A stretch of 64,000 nucleotides of DNA from an uncultured virus (IMG/VR IMGVR_UViG_3300021399_000011) (IMGVR_UViG_3300021399_000011), one strand, 5' to 3'; positions 49,825-60,913 are shown, numbered from the stretch's first letter. Translations and numbers: made by a program. The notes: generated by a model not told the origin, from the sequence alone.

Positions 49825-50045
49825 AAGCGCAACGTCTGTAATGACAGGCAGGGCGTACCATTCGTTGCTCGTGTAGAGCAGCGAGCGCCTGGGAGGAAAG
49901 GCTGCGCTTATTTATGGAGCAGAGCCACCCCGCATGGGGAGGACACATCAGGCGACGGGGACATTTTTTCGAAGAGCCAAAGGGGTGCAAGACCCCGCTG
50001 CCCCTTTCTTATGCTATCTCTCTTCTTTCCATTTGGCCTCCAGGG

Positions 50046-50078
50046 GAAGGGCCATCGCTTCGGCGGTGGCCCTTCTTC
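50046..50078 (+). terminator. Terminator at the end of the tRNA/ncRNA cluster
   Basis: GAAGGGCCATCGC-TTCG-GCGGTGGCCCTTC followed by a pyrimidine tract. Confidence 0.75.
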
Positions 50079-50082
50079 CCTC

Positions 50083-50363
50083 TTTACTTTTATGATCGTA
50101 TGTGGTATAAGATAGGTGGGCATCCTTGGTTAGTGGTGTTTCCGAGGGTGTTTCACCCCTTTATAGGAAGGCGCTCGTCACCTATGTGGCGGGCGTCTTT
50201 CTGTTTTACCTTTACAATTTACCTTGTGCGTGGTATAATATGTACAGGTGGACATGGGTTCGTGGTGGTTCCCGTGGACATCTCCTTTCAAACGGTAGGA
50301 GTTTTGTTTTTTTCTCCTGCCGGGGAGGCGCTCGTCACTTCAGTGTCGGGCGTCTTTCTATTT
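50083..50363 (+). ncRNA. Two tandem promoter-hairpin-terminator sRNA units
   Basis: TTTACT-17-TATAAG and TTTACA-17-TATAAT promoters with extended TG; both units end in AGGCGCTCGTCAC-loop-GTG(G/T)CGGGCGTCTTTC. Confidence 0.6.
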
Positions 50364-50757
50364 ACCTCCGGCGTGTCGGCAGCCTACCGGCAGCGCATTG
50401 TCAGCTGCGCATCGCCCCAAAGTGCAATATTTGCACCAGTAATTACACTTTCACGATAACTACTGGAGAAAATATAGTTAATGTTATAGTTAATATCGCG
50501 GAAATTATAGTTAGTATCGTGGTAATATAATTTCGATTATTATACCCTCCCCTACTTTCAAAATCTTAATATGATTTTCAAGACCGCTTTTGGGCGGTCT
50601 TTTTTATTTTTTTAAAAAAAATTTCGCAGAAAGTGAATAACCATACCACCGATGCGCCTTAAAAACTTGACAATGTGCATACGATCTTAATGGTCAAGAG
50701 AAGACCTCATGATTTTGGAGGAAAATTGGGAAGGGAGAAGCGTATTAAGGAGGCCAT

Positions 50758-51513
50758 ATGCCAGAATCCATAGCATACAACATGGACTGCATGGAATGCA
50801 TGAAGGATATTCCTGATAAGTATTTTGATATTTCATGCGTCGATCCGCCTTACGGCGGTGGTGGTGCCGACAACGAGTATAAGGGCGCGGTGGTCGGGAG
50901 ATTTGGTGGGCGATTTGAGAAGTACCACCTCTCCACGGAGATAACGGCGGAGAGGCGCGGGCATGGGCACAATAAATATGGTGATGGCGAACTTTCCGCA
51001 AAGCATTGGGACTATGCGCCTCCGCCAGAATATTTCCAGGAACTCGCTCGCGTAAGCAAGAACCAGATCATCTGGGGCGGGAACTATTTTGCCCTTCCCC
51101 CTACCCGGTGCTTTCTGGTATGGCGCAAGCTGACGATCTCCGAGAACTTCACAATGGCGATGGCCGAGTATGCGTGGACGAGATTCAACGAGAATGCCAA
51201 GGTATTCGAGTTTGCCCCGCAAGGCAAGAAGGGCGATACACGATTCCATCCGACGCAGAAGCCGGTTGAGCTTTATGCGTGGATCTACCGGCTTTTTACC
51301 AAGCCAGGTATGAAGATACTCGACACGCACTTGGGAAGCGGCAGTAGCCGCATAGCAGCCTATGACGCCGGATTGGATTTCGTTGGTTGTGAGATAGACC
51401 CAGTGTATTTCAAACTACAAGAAGAACGATTTGCCAAGCATATACAACAGCGCAGCATATTCGATGCCGACTACGGCACAGCGGAACAGACGGGACTATG
51501 GGAGAATCTATGA
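50758..51513 (+). CDS. DNA amino-methyltransferase (N6-A/N4-C, beta class)
   Basis: DPPY, HPTQKP and LDTHLGSGSS motifs. Confidence 0.9.
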   Translation: MPESIAYNMDCMECMKDIPDKYFDISCVDPPYGGGGADNEYKGAVVGRFGGRFEKYHLSTEITAERRGHGHNKYGDGELSAKHWDYAPPPEYFQELARVSKNQIIWGGNYFALPPTRCFLVWRKLTISENFTMAMAEYAWTRFNENAKVFEFAPQGKKGDTRFHPTQKPVELYAWIYRLFTKPGMKILDTHLGSGSSRIAAYDAGLDFVGCEIDPVYFKLQEERFAKHIQQRSIFDADYGTAEQTGLWENL

Positions 51514-52351
51514 CAGAAAAATCTTGCTTAAATTGCGGAGCGCCCATATCCAAGGAAACCTGCGAGGGATTCCCAGAGGTGTGCGAATCGTGGAGGCCAA
51601 TAAAGCCTCAAAGTAATTATGACAAACTCCACAACATGACGCTTAATCAGTTGGTCGTATGGCTCCGCGCGTTCTATCCAGACGTATGCCCATTATATGA
51701 AAGCTGCCCTGGTGAGGATGATTGCGCGGTTTGTTGGCTTGACTGGTTCAAAAGCACGGAAGGAGAGGATATATGACAACTGAGCACGAAGAATTGTTAA
51801 AGCGGCTGACAGATGCGATGAAACAAAAGAGTGACCGCAAAAAGGCGGAGCTAACCGCAGAGCTGAAGATGCAAGACGAACTATGGAACGCCTATTACGA
51901 CGGCGTGTATGACGCTATCAAGGAGATTGAACAGAATGCGCTGTGGGCGACGGTAAAGGAAAAATCCAATGCTGAATAAGAATGGGTATGTCTCAAAGGA
52001 AACTGTTTGCGCAGAGATTGCCAGATTCAAAGGCTATCTTGATGAAGATATGATCCACCGGCTTCAAGTGGCAATCAAACGTCTGCCGGATGAAATAACC
52101 GAAGTTCTTCCCGCTGAATACGACAGCTTCAATAGAAAGATGATGGAGATGGAGGGTCGATAATGCAGTTTATCAAGCTACACACCAAAGCGGGGGACGA
52201 AGTATATATCAATACCGCCGCCATTGAAAGTATGCGATACGACACCGATGTTGCTGGAACCGTCCTAACAACGCTCGGGTGCGATGATGGGTGGTTCAAT
52301 ATCTGCGAAAACCCAGAAGAAATCCTTCAAATGATTCGGGGTGGCGAATGA
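51510..52351 (+). other. Four small coupled hypothetical genes (51510-51776, 51773-51979, 51969-52163, 52163-52351)
   Basis: Overlapping start/stop codons and RBSs; the last has a FlbD-like FIKLH....V.IN...IE pattern. Confidence 0.55.
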
Positions 52352-53109
52352 GACCGATTACCGTGTATACGCATAGAGAGCAATATGAACTCATCTGTGG
52401 CGACTGCCTTGAAGTGCTCCCACTTATTCCCACGGCATCAGTCGATATGATTCTGACTGATCTTCCCTATGGCTCTACAAAAAACGAGTGGGATCATGTT
52501 CTCGACCTGGACGCTCTATGGAAAGAGTATGAGCGGGTCATAAAGGATAACGGCGTGATCGCGTTGTGGGCGCAGTCTCCATTTGACAAGGTGCTGGCCT
52601 GTAGTAACTTGAAGCACTACCGCTATGAGTGGGTGATCGAGAAAACGTCGGCCACGGGCTTTCTAAACGCGCACAAGATGCCGATGAAAGCCCACGAGCA
52701 AATCCTTATCTTTTACAAGAAGCTGCCGACCTACAATCCCCAAATGGAGCACGGCCACGTTCGCAAGGTGTCTACCGCAGAGCACAAGCGGAACTCAAAG
52801 GTTACGACCAATTACGGCAAGCATGGGCTGACGAGCTACGACAGCACCGACAGATACCCGCGTGATGTTCTGCGGTTCAAGTGGGACAAACAGAAGTCAT
52901 CCCTATCCCCCACACAAAAGCCTGTTGCTGCCTGTGAGTATATGATCCGAACCTATACGAACACGGGTGATACCATCTTGGATTCCTGCATGGGCAGCGG
53001 TACGACTGGCGTAGCCGCTATGAACCTTGGCAGGAAGTTTATAGGAATTGAGATCGACCCGGATATGTACGAGATAGCATCACACAGAATTGGAGACAAC
53101 GAGCAATGA
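52348..53109 (+). CDS. Second DNA amino-methyltransferase (beta class)
   Basis: GDCLE, TDLPY, PTQKP and LDSCMGSGTTG motifs; ATGA-coupled start. Confidence 0.9.
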   Translation: MRPITVYTHREQYELICGDCLEVLPLIPTASVDMILTDLPYGSTKNEWDHVLDLDALWKEYERVIKDNGVIALWAQSPFDKVLACSNLKHYRYEWVIEKTSATGFLNAHKMPMKAHEQILIFYKKLPTYNPQMEHGHVRKVSTAEHKRNSKVTTNYGKHGLTSYDSTDRYPRDVLRFKWDKQKSSLSPTQKPVAACEYMIRTYTNTGDTILDSCMGSGTTGVAAMNLGRKFIGIEIDPDMYEIASHRIGDNEQ

Positions 53110-53816
53110 AGCCACCTATTTATGAACCAACTGGCAAAGCCAAGGAATACGGAGACCTTGCGCTGAACATCTACACCGGCTGTCCGCACCGATGCTACTA
53201 CTGCTTCGCGCCGAACGTCCTACATAAAGCCAAAGAGCAGTTTCACTCGTGCGTTGAACCGCGCCATGGTATCGCGGATGAAGTCAGAAAACAGCTCATG
53301 CGTGAGAATATCACCGACAAGCTGATCCACCTGTGCTTCACCTGCGATCCATACCCGACAGGCTATGATACCACAGACACGAGGGAAATAATCAAAGTCC
53401 TGAAACTGTATGGAAACCACGTTCAGATTCTCACCAAAGGCGATGGCCGTCGTGACTTCGATCTTCTGGATAGGAACGATTGGTTCGGCGTGACTGTTTC
53501 AAGCATGAGCTATCTGGCAGATGCGTCAGAGCCTGGGGCAATCGCACCGGAGTTCCGAATGTGGGAGATCGTGGAAGCATACCGGCGCGGCATCAAAACG
53601 TGGGTTTCGTTTGAGCCGGTCATTTGCCCTGACGATATTTTCACGGTCATCGACGTATATCACGACTACATCGACAAGGTGAAGATCGGTAAACTCAACT
53701 ACCATCCGTCAGACATCAACTGGAAAGAGTTCGGCTTACAGATCGCCGGTGTTTGTGAAGCCTACCACATGGACTACTACATCAAAGACAGTCTTCGGAA
53801 GGAGATGGAAAGATGA
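53106..53816 (+). CDS. Radical SAM protein (SplB/Rv2578c-like)
   Basis: NIYTGCPHRCYYC (CxxxCxxC), DPYP, ILTK, SFEP. Confidence 0.8.
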   Translation: MKPPIYEPTGKAKEYGDLALNIYTGCPHRCYYCFAPNVLHKAKEQFHSCVEPRHGIADEVRKQLMRENITDKLIHLCFTCDPYPTGYDTTDTREIIKVLKLYGNHVQILTKGDGRRDFDLLDRNDWFGVTVSSMSYLADASEPGAIAPEFRMWEIVEAYRRGIKTWVSFEPVICPDDIFTVIDVYHDYIDKVKIGKLNYHPSDINWKEFGLQIAGVCEAYHMDYYIKDSLRKEMER

Positions 53817-55614
53817 ATGATCTGAACGGTCGAATCGTGACGGACACAAGTACGGCGAATCCGCCCTCCTATAATACTTGGAAGGGGGCTGATAGGGAAA
53901 CTCTTATGAATGCTGTGCTGATGTTTGAAGAAGCAAACAAAAAGATCAATAAAGAAAACATTGCGCTCCGCGCTGACATGGCGAAACTCGAAGCAGAAAA
54001 CGCCGAGCTGCGCGAGAAGTGCATGACGCGGTTTGAAAGAATCCAGAAAGCAAGCCCAGAACAGATGGCAGCAACGATAGCGTTTATATACGACATCGGC
54101 TACACCGATGGACGAGAAGATGCGGATGATGACCACCACTGGCTTGAGTGGCTACAGGAGATAGGAACGATATGACAGAACAGGACAAAGCGATCCAAGA
54201 CCTCCGTATGAGGGTAAAAAAAATAGAGGGTCGGCTAAAAGCCGCCCTCTCTGATCTGGTGTATGTGCTCAATCAGCACAGTCTATGTGAAATATGTAAG
54301 TACCGGGACGCCGACTGCAAGCCGGACAGTGGGAGCTGCGTTCCGCAATGGAGGGGAATGTAATGCGGTTCAAACTGGATGGATGTGACATTTCTTTTTA
54401 CGCAGAAGCCCCGGAGGACATCACCCTCAAACAGCTTCTGAAGCAGTGCGATAGGATCAGACCCGATTGGTGCGCCTGTGGTATTCGGTCTTGTAACGAC
54501 AAGGAAATATTCCCCACAGAAATCTATATCGACTACGATGATGTCCGTAAAGCGAATGATGATGTTGCTTGCAGCATCCGGCCAAAGGAGGATTGTAATG
54601 GGGTATAGACAGTACCTTTATTCTGCGGACACCTGGCTTGTAGATGAAATCCGAAAGTGCAAGACCAACGAAGATTTCATCAAGACCATGCAGAAGTTCC
54701 GCAATGACATCGTGGAGTATGATTCGTTCGATGACCGCTATTATGTCATGCTTCACAATATCGGTGATGTACTGTTCGAGTTTGGCAAATACTATGAGAA
54801 CTCGGACGAGATGTACAAGCACGGAGACAGTCTGTTCACATCCGAAGAGCTGAACAGGTATTACAGCGACTACGGTGCAATCGTTCTTGATCCCGAAGGA
54901 ATCTTGTGCGCGATTGAGTGGCAGAGAAACCATGTCATTGAGATGTATGAAGACCTGCTCCGGAAGAAGTCTTCACGGGAATGGGATTCAAGATCTCAAC
55001 TTGATAGGCTCATCGAAAACGCGAAAGATTATCTGAGGTGGTGGCAATATGGCCCAGCCGACCTCAATTTAGAGCATGAAAATTTGGCCCATTCTTGGTT
55101 GTATGAACACACGTTTTTCGATTTGGTGAGGATCTATAAAACCTTCGATTGGGACAACGAGTCCATGCTTTTCATGGGGTGGTGAAGTATGAGGGCTGAT
55201 CCTCTCGATCTGCGTTTCCAACGCAAGTATATATCCGCTGCGGAGATGGAGTCTTTTCTTGATGCCATACCTACCGAAACAGAGGAAGGTCGAATGATTC
55301 TCGGGATCGCAAGAGCCTATCTTCATTCGTACAAGTCAATCGACCACGAGACAGACATAATTGTTCTACACCGCTGCCCCATCTGCAAACAGTTCCCCTC
55401 GTTTGGCTATGCCAAAGTGGTAGACTCTACCACCACCAACCCATCGATCGAAATCTCAGTGCGATGCAAATGCCCAGTCGGAGTGCGGATACGTTATATA
55501 TTCCCCTCTTGGGCGATGCAGAGAGTAGACAGGGATATTTCCGAAGCGGAACACGGCGCAGTGAATCACTGGAACGATTTGGTAGAGGAAAGAAAAAAGG
55601 AGGTAGAAAAATGA
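53813..55614 (+). other. Run of hypothetical genes (53813-54175, 54172-54363, 54363-54608, 54598-55185, 55189-55614)
   Basis: Coupled ORFs with RBSs; no recognisable family. Confidence 0.55.
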
Positions 55615-56048
55615 GCAAGGTCTATTTAGCGCACCCAATCACCGGGCTGAAGTCCGAGGATGTCTTCAACTACTACGACGCCATCAGCGACGAACTTGGA
55701 AAACGCCATACCATTTTGTCTCCGATGACCGGGAAAGATTATCTTCGTAACGAAACTGTCATGCAGAAGTCCTATGAGGAATACCCAATCAGCCGAGGTC
55801 ACGCCATCTTTGAGCGCGATCAGTGGATGGTGTCAACCTCGGACATCGTTTTGTGCGATTTCACTGGAGCCAAAACGGTATCTATCGGCTGTTGCATGGA
55901 AATGGCGTGGGCTGCGAAACTCGGAAAGCATTCGGTTGTTGTTATGGATGATGGGAACCCACACAATCATCAGTTTATAAGAGAGGCTGCCGACATCGTA
56001 TTTTCAACGATGGAAGAGGCCATGGCCTATATCAAACAGTTGCCGTGA
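55611..56048 (+). CDS. Nucleoside 2-deoxyribosyltransferase/nucleotide hydrolase-like protein
   Basis: KVYLAHPI, IFERD...V..SDIV, S.G...EMAWA..LGK motifs. Confidence 0.75.
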   Translation: MSKVYLAHPITGLKSEDVFNYYDAISDELGKRHTILSPMTGKDYLRNETVMQKSYEEYPISRGHAIFERDQWMVSTSDIVLCDFTGAKTVSIGCCMEMAWAAKLGKHSVVVMDDGNPHNHQFIREAADIVFSTMEEAMAYIKQLP

Positions 56049-56491
56049 GTAAACTTGAATTAAAACCGTGTGACTTCCAAACCGCTGCTGATTTTGTTGG
56101 TCTGTACCACCGGCACAACAAGCCGCCTGTTGGTCATAAGTTTTCAATCGCTTGTTATGACAATGACCGTCTCTGCGGTGTGTGTATGGTTGGCAGACCG
56201 ATAGGACGATATCTTGATGATGGACTGACGCTTGAAGTCAACCGCTGCTGCACAGACGGAACAAAGAATGCCTGCACTATGTTGTACGGCGCAGCGCAGA
56301 GGGCAGCAAAAGCCCTTGGGTACAAACGAATTGTTACCTACACGCTTGAAAGCGAAAACGGATCAAGCCTCCGGGCATCTAACTGGATCTGCGATGGCCA
56401 GGCCGGCGGAACACACTGGACCGGGCAGCGATACGAGCAAACAGAAATCGTTCTTGGCGAAATGAAAGTACGTTGGAGGAAAGAATTATGA
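56045..56491 (+). CDS. XF1762-family/Mom-like GNAT acetyltransferase
   Basis: HRH..P..GHKFSI, GV..VGRP..R.LDDG.TLEV.R.CTDG..NAC..LY, VTYTL.SE.G.SLRASNW. Confidence 0.65.
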   Translation: MSKLELKPCDFQTAADFVGLYHRHNKPPVGHKFSIACYDNDRLCGVCMVGRPIGRYLDDGLTLEVNRCCTDGTKNACTMLYGAAQRAAKALGYKRIVTYTLESENGSSLRASNWICDGQAGGTHWTGQRYEQTEIVLGEMKVRWRKEL

Positions 56492-57604
56492 AACCGTGCT
56501 ACGGTCTGTGCGACCGCTGCGTATGGCAGACCAATGGGGGGTGCATCCATTGGACAAGAAACTGAACCCACGCAAAATCCCACGATCCCAAGCCGATGTA
56601 GAAAAAGCCTACGGCCTTGGCTTCGAGGATGGTATGCGTGACCTCATGGATGTGATGGTCTACACGCTCGGTACGGATATGGAAGAGTCGGACGCGTGGC
56701 TCGACTTCTTCCATTCCCGGTTTATGAAAAATCTTGAGTGCCATGTTCACGGAGAACTGACAACCCATGATATGCGCACTACAACTTATGCAGAAAAAGG
56801 ATGGGAGGTTGAAGTGAAGTGAATTGCGGAGATTGCAAATACTCCCACGACACTGGCTTGGGCCTATTGTGTTGGGGCGAGAAAGAAGCACCGCCGGTCG
56901 ATCCAGACCACTGGTGCAAAGGATGGAAACCAAAGAGAGGATGCGCCGCATGGACATCACCGCGCAAGTCTCTGCCGGAGCCGTTCGTTAGTGTACAGGT
57001 ATACATCCCCTCGCAAGCGCCATTCCCCACCGTGCATGAGGGATATGTTCTTGCGGATGACAACGGAATCCCATACGGATGGTTCATCCCGGCGCTACGC
57101 GATAGATGCGACCTATACGATGCTGTCGAAGCCTGGACGCCGTTTGTCGAACCTGAAACGGTAAAACTATGAGCAAGCAGTGTCCTTCCTGTGAGTTTTT
57201 CTGCTCCACTCCGCCTAACGATGGCAAGCGCAATGTCACGTTGCAGCCTGTGTGTCTCTGTGACCAGTGCGATCAATACACACCATACATACCACGGCGA
57301 GCAAAAGACGAGACTTTGGATACTATTTTAAGCGCATTGGACAAGATGTGCGATATACAAATAGCATCTGGAATAAATCTCGGAATGATTATTGATAGAC
57401 ATAGCCAGGATACATGCTTCTCTTGCGGTTCACCTCTTCGCATCATGATTCGAGGCAAAAAGAAATACTGCGCCGTGTGCGGATGTTATTTGCCTGAAAT
57501 CGTCTATGGTGAACAATTCCGCGACTTCACGAAATTGATAAGCCCGATGGAAATACAACGGCCAAAACCAATGCCTACAGTATATTCACATTAGAGGAGG
57601 ATAT

Positions 57605-58138
57605 ATGGAAGTATCACTTTTGAAATGTCCGTCCGATACGGACTGGCTTCTCGTAAAGCGAGCTGCGCTCGAAACCGTCGGGCGATCCGTGAAGACACTT
57701 CCCGGCATTGAGTGGAAGAAGTCGATTCTGGAAGCCCGCCACAGCCCCATCAGGCTGCTCCATTTCGTTTTTGAACTCAGAGATATACCGTACTGGGTCA
57801 GCGGCCATCTCTGCCGTCATGTCCACTCAACGCCGTTCGTGAAGTCCCAGAGGAATGACCGGCAGTCAGATTATGACCGCAACGCTGCGCGGCAGGATGC
57901 CCCAGTCAATATGATGTGGGAGATGAACGCCGAGGAACTCTGCGTGATCGCAAATAAGCGCCTATGCAACATGGCCGCAAAGGAAACCAGAGAAGTCGTG
58001 GCGAGAATGTGCGAGCTGGTAATCGTCAACTGCCCAGAGTTCAAAGATGTTCTTGTACCTATGTGCGAGTATAACGGCGTCTGCCATGAAATGAACGGTG
58101 GATGCGGAAAGATGAAAAGGAGAACCGATATTGTCTGA
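57605..58138 (+). CDS. thyX: FAD-dependent thymidylate synthase (ThyX-like, short form)
   Basis: ARHSPI, VS.HL.RH....FVKSQR, NAEEL......RLC..A..E.R motifs. Confidence 0.7.
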   Translation: MEVSLLKCPSDTDWLLVKRAALETVGRSVKTLPGIEWKKSILEARHSPIRLLHFVFELRDIPYWVSGHLCRHVHSTPFVKSQRNDRQSDYDRNAARQDAPVNMMWEMNAEELCVIANKRLCNMAAKETREVVARMCELVIVNCPEFKDVLVPMCEYNGVCHEMNGGCGKMKRRTDIV

Positions 58139-58692
58139 CGAACGTATTACGAAAGAAGACGAACTCAACGGCATCGAACTCTGGAACATGGCGCTGTTCA
58201 AGCCGCACTGGTGGAAGCCCTGGCTGACATTCTTCTACATCGACTGCCCGCAATATCTATCATTCAACCTCTTCGACAAGTACGACATACAGCCATTTTT
58301 CTTCCGGTTCAGCGAGCATAAAGACGGAAAGTATATTGGCGTGAAGTGCTGCGTCAAGAAAAGCCGTATAGATGATTTCCTCGTCTGTATGCACGAGATG
58401 CAGCGCAACATGACGATCTGCGGATACAGCGACTACGAAGAGTTCTGCCGGAAGTGGCAGGAAGATCTCAAAGAGGAGGACGACGCCGATGAATGACGAG
58501 CAGCTTAAATGCGCAGCCATGGGCATTATCACATACCACTACCTTCTGAATATGGATGAGCCGCCGGATGTGGAGATAGGCGATATGCTCACGATTGATG
58601 CCGAGTTGGACGATGGCGTACTTGAAGCGACGATGGAACTGCTATCCACCATAAGCACGGAAGAGTTGGAACTATACGAAGAAGAATTATAA
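58131..58692 (+). other. Two hypothetical genes (58131-58496, 58489-58692)
   Basis: RBSs and overlaps; followed by a hairpin at about 58707-58741. Confidence 0.5.
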
Positions 58693-58912
58693 TCAGCAAA
58701 ATACACAAGGGTGGCACAGCAAAATCGCTGTACCGCCCTTATTTACTATGTTTTTTGGCTCTTTTTTTGGCACACATAGCGGCTTTTGGCACATTTTTGG
58801 CACATCATAATTGACGCTTTTTGACGATTTCTGACGGTCGCTTTAGTGTAATATGACGAACGCAAAAATAAAGAAAAAACCCTGGAACCATTGAAATTCC
58901 AAGGTTTTTTGT

Positions 58913-58959
58913 TGGAGCTGGATGCGAGACTCGAACTCGCGACCTCATGATTACGAATC
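58913..58959 (-). mobile_element. attP core: 3' half of tRNA-Thr(CGU)
   Basis: The - strand reads GATTCGTAATCATGAGGTCGCGAGTTCGAGTCTCGCATCCAGCTCCA (anticodon arm, T arm, CCA) with no 5' half; downstream of the integrase; terminator at 58875-58910; TTTTGGC(A/G)C arm-type repeats on both sides. Confidence 0.85.
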
Positions 58960-59004
58960 GTTTTGACCCATCCCTATACCCATTGAAAATACTGGATTTT
59001 TTGA

Positions 59005-60261
59005 CTACTCCGATTTTTTTGGCGCAGTATTTGGCGCAGCGTTTTCTTTGTTCAAAATGCCGGTGGCGCGGATCGCTTCCGGCTTTCCAGCATCCACATA
59101 GATATTTGCCGTGGTAGAAATATCAGAGTGACCCATGAGGTATTTCGTGACTTCAATAGGCACTTCCGCCCTTTGCATATCCGTTCCGAAGGTGTGGCGA
59201 AGACAGTATGTGCATATCTCTGGTGACAGCTTGTGGCCGTTGCGCGGTTTCTTCGGATCGGCGGGGTCTGGGTATAACGGTGTACCGTCAGCCTTTAAAT
59301 CAGCTGGGTCGTAGATGTGACCTCGACTGTCATGTTCTGCTCCCATCTCCAAGTCCCATTGGCGGGAGAAAGACTTCCAGTATGTCTTGAACGCCTGACG
59401 GGTGAGCATAGACTTGCCATCGGACTTGGTGAACAGAAACTCTGCTTTATCCCTCTCCCCTATCATGGCGGCAAGGTCGGCGAGTATGGCCGGATCGTCC
59501 TTTGTGTTGATGGCAGTAAAGCGGACGCCGGATGCCGTCTTTGGCGTACTTATCGTCTTTGTTCCCGTCTCGACCGCCTGCGTGACATGGACGATTTTTT
59601 CTTCAAGGTCAACATCTCCCACCTTGATAGCCGCCAGCTCGTTAGGTCGGACGCCGGTGGCCGCGAGGAATCGGAAGAGAAGCCCATGCTTGTTTTTATC
59701 TGCCGCTTTGAAGAAAAAATTTCTTTCTTCGGCAGTTATCGACCGCCTTTTCCCTTTTTTGGCAGCGGGAAGCGACAAACCTACAGATGGGTCGAATGGT
59801 ATAATACGGTCAATGTAAGCCTGCGAGAACATCTTCTTTATCGTGATGTTCAGCTTTGCCACCTGAGAGAAAGACATATCCTTATGCTCGTTTAGGATCT
59901 GCTGTAGGTGGGTCGGCTTCACATCGCGCATCCGCATATTCCCAATGGCCGGTACGATATAGTTGCGAGACAACTGCTCATAGGATTTATACGTTGCCTC
60001 GTTCATTGTCCCCCGAAGCTTCGGCTCCCCCGGCTTGCGCACCCTCGGCTTGTTATATGTATCCAGCCAAGTGTTCGCCCAGGTACTCACCTTCATGGCC
60101 GTGGATATGCCAAGGTCTCCGTTCTTTACGGCGTCGATCTTCCGGTTGAGCTTGCGGTAGGCTTCCGCCTTTGTCTTCCCTCTCGCCGTATAGCGGACAC
60201 CCTCATAGGTCTCGCTGACGCGCTCATAATCGTATTCTTTTGTCGGCTTACCCTTCGGCAA
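59005..60261 (-). CDS. int: Phage integrase (tyrosine recombinase)
   Basis: Arm-binding N-terminus, TGVRPNE, PKT, YCLRHTF, MGHSDISTTANIY; adjacent to attP. Confidence 0.92.
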   Translation of the reverse strand: MPKGKPTKEYDYERVSETYEGVRYTARGKTKAEAYRKLNRKIDAVKNGDLGISTAMKVSTWANTWLDTYNKPRVRKPGEPKLRGTMNEATYKSYEQLSRNYIVPAIGNMRMRDVKPTHLQQILNEHKDMSFSQVAKLNITIKKMFSQAYIDRIIPFDPSVGLSLPAAKKGKRRSITAEERNFFFKAADKNKHGLLFRFLAATGVRPNELAAIKVGDVDLEEKIVHVTQAVETGTKTISTPKTASGVRFTAINTKDDPAILADLAAMIGERDKAEFLFTKSDGKSMLTRQAFKTYWKSFSRQWDLEMGAEHDSRGHIYDPADLKADGTPLYPDPADPKKPRNGHKLSPEICTYCLRHTFGTDMQRAEVPIEVTKYLMGHSDISTTANIYVDAGKPEAIRATGILNKENAAPNTAPKKSE

Positions 60262-60315
60262 TAGCGCACCTCACATTTCGTGTATTTTGACGAATGGAAT
60301 TTACGTTCTGTGTAC

Positions 60316-60344
60316 TTGACAAATTTAGCTTTATAGGCTAATAT
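60316..60344 (+). promoter_or_regulatory. Sigma70 promoter overlapped by TAGCTT..A(A/G)GCTA palindromes
   Basis: TTGACA-17-TAATAT; palindromes at about 60326-60340 and 60356-60372. Confidence 0.5.
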
Positions 60345-60712
60345 CAATAGCGTGGTTAGCTTGTTAAGCTAATTCTCGGTGGTTGACCTTTTTAACGGAC
60401 GCTCATGGTGTTACCATATACTCACCAGAAGATAAAGGGGGAACGATGGATTGACCAAAGAAGAAGCCAAGGCTTTTGTCGATAGTCTCACTGACGAGGA
60501 AGTAATCTTCGTGAAACAGTTCCTCGATAAACTTGATAAAGAAAAGGAGTCTAAAAATGGACAAGACCACGTTTGATATTGAGCTGACCAACTTTGAGGA
60601 AGCATCGGCTATAGCCCGACAGCTACAGGTTGAAATCGACAAAGCGGTGGAAGCCGCGCAACGGCTCTCCGATTTGTTGCTTCACCTTGAGGTCAAGATA
60701 AACGAAAACCCA

Positions 60713-60913
60713 TCAGCCAGGATCACGGGAGAAGGGTAAGTCAACAATCGCGCCGCAGAAAGGACAAGTCACCCTTCTATCGTATCGCTCTATGTCAGTC
60801 CCACATTTGGGGCAAACGCCATAATACAGCGTTGCTGTCATTTTTGAGAGCGCCTTATCTTTCTCCTTCTTTAGTGCCTTTTGGTACTCTCTTTCAACGT
60901 CTGACTTACTCAT
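60713..60913 (-). CDS. Small Zn-ribbon protein co-transcribed with the repressor
   Basis: CPKC...CPFC; overlaps the repressor stop. Confidence 0.6.
   Translation of the reverse strand: MSKSDVEREYQKALKKEKDKALSKMTATLYYGVCPKCGTDIERYDRRVTCPFCGAIVDLPFSRDPG

Noticed and set aside
48176..50530. Protein-coding ORFs listed across the tRNA cluster
   Set aside because: They overlap tRNAs and structured RNAs and lack RBSs and codon bias.
50758..53109. Complete restriction-modification system
   Set aside because: No recognisable endonuclease next to either MTase; treated as orphan MTases.
58913..58959. Functional tRNA-Thr(CGU) gene
   Set aside because: The 5' acceptor strand and D arm are absent; better explained as the attP core.
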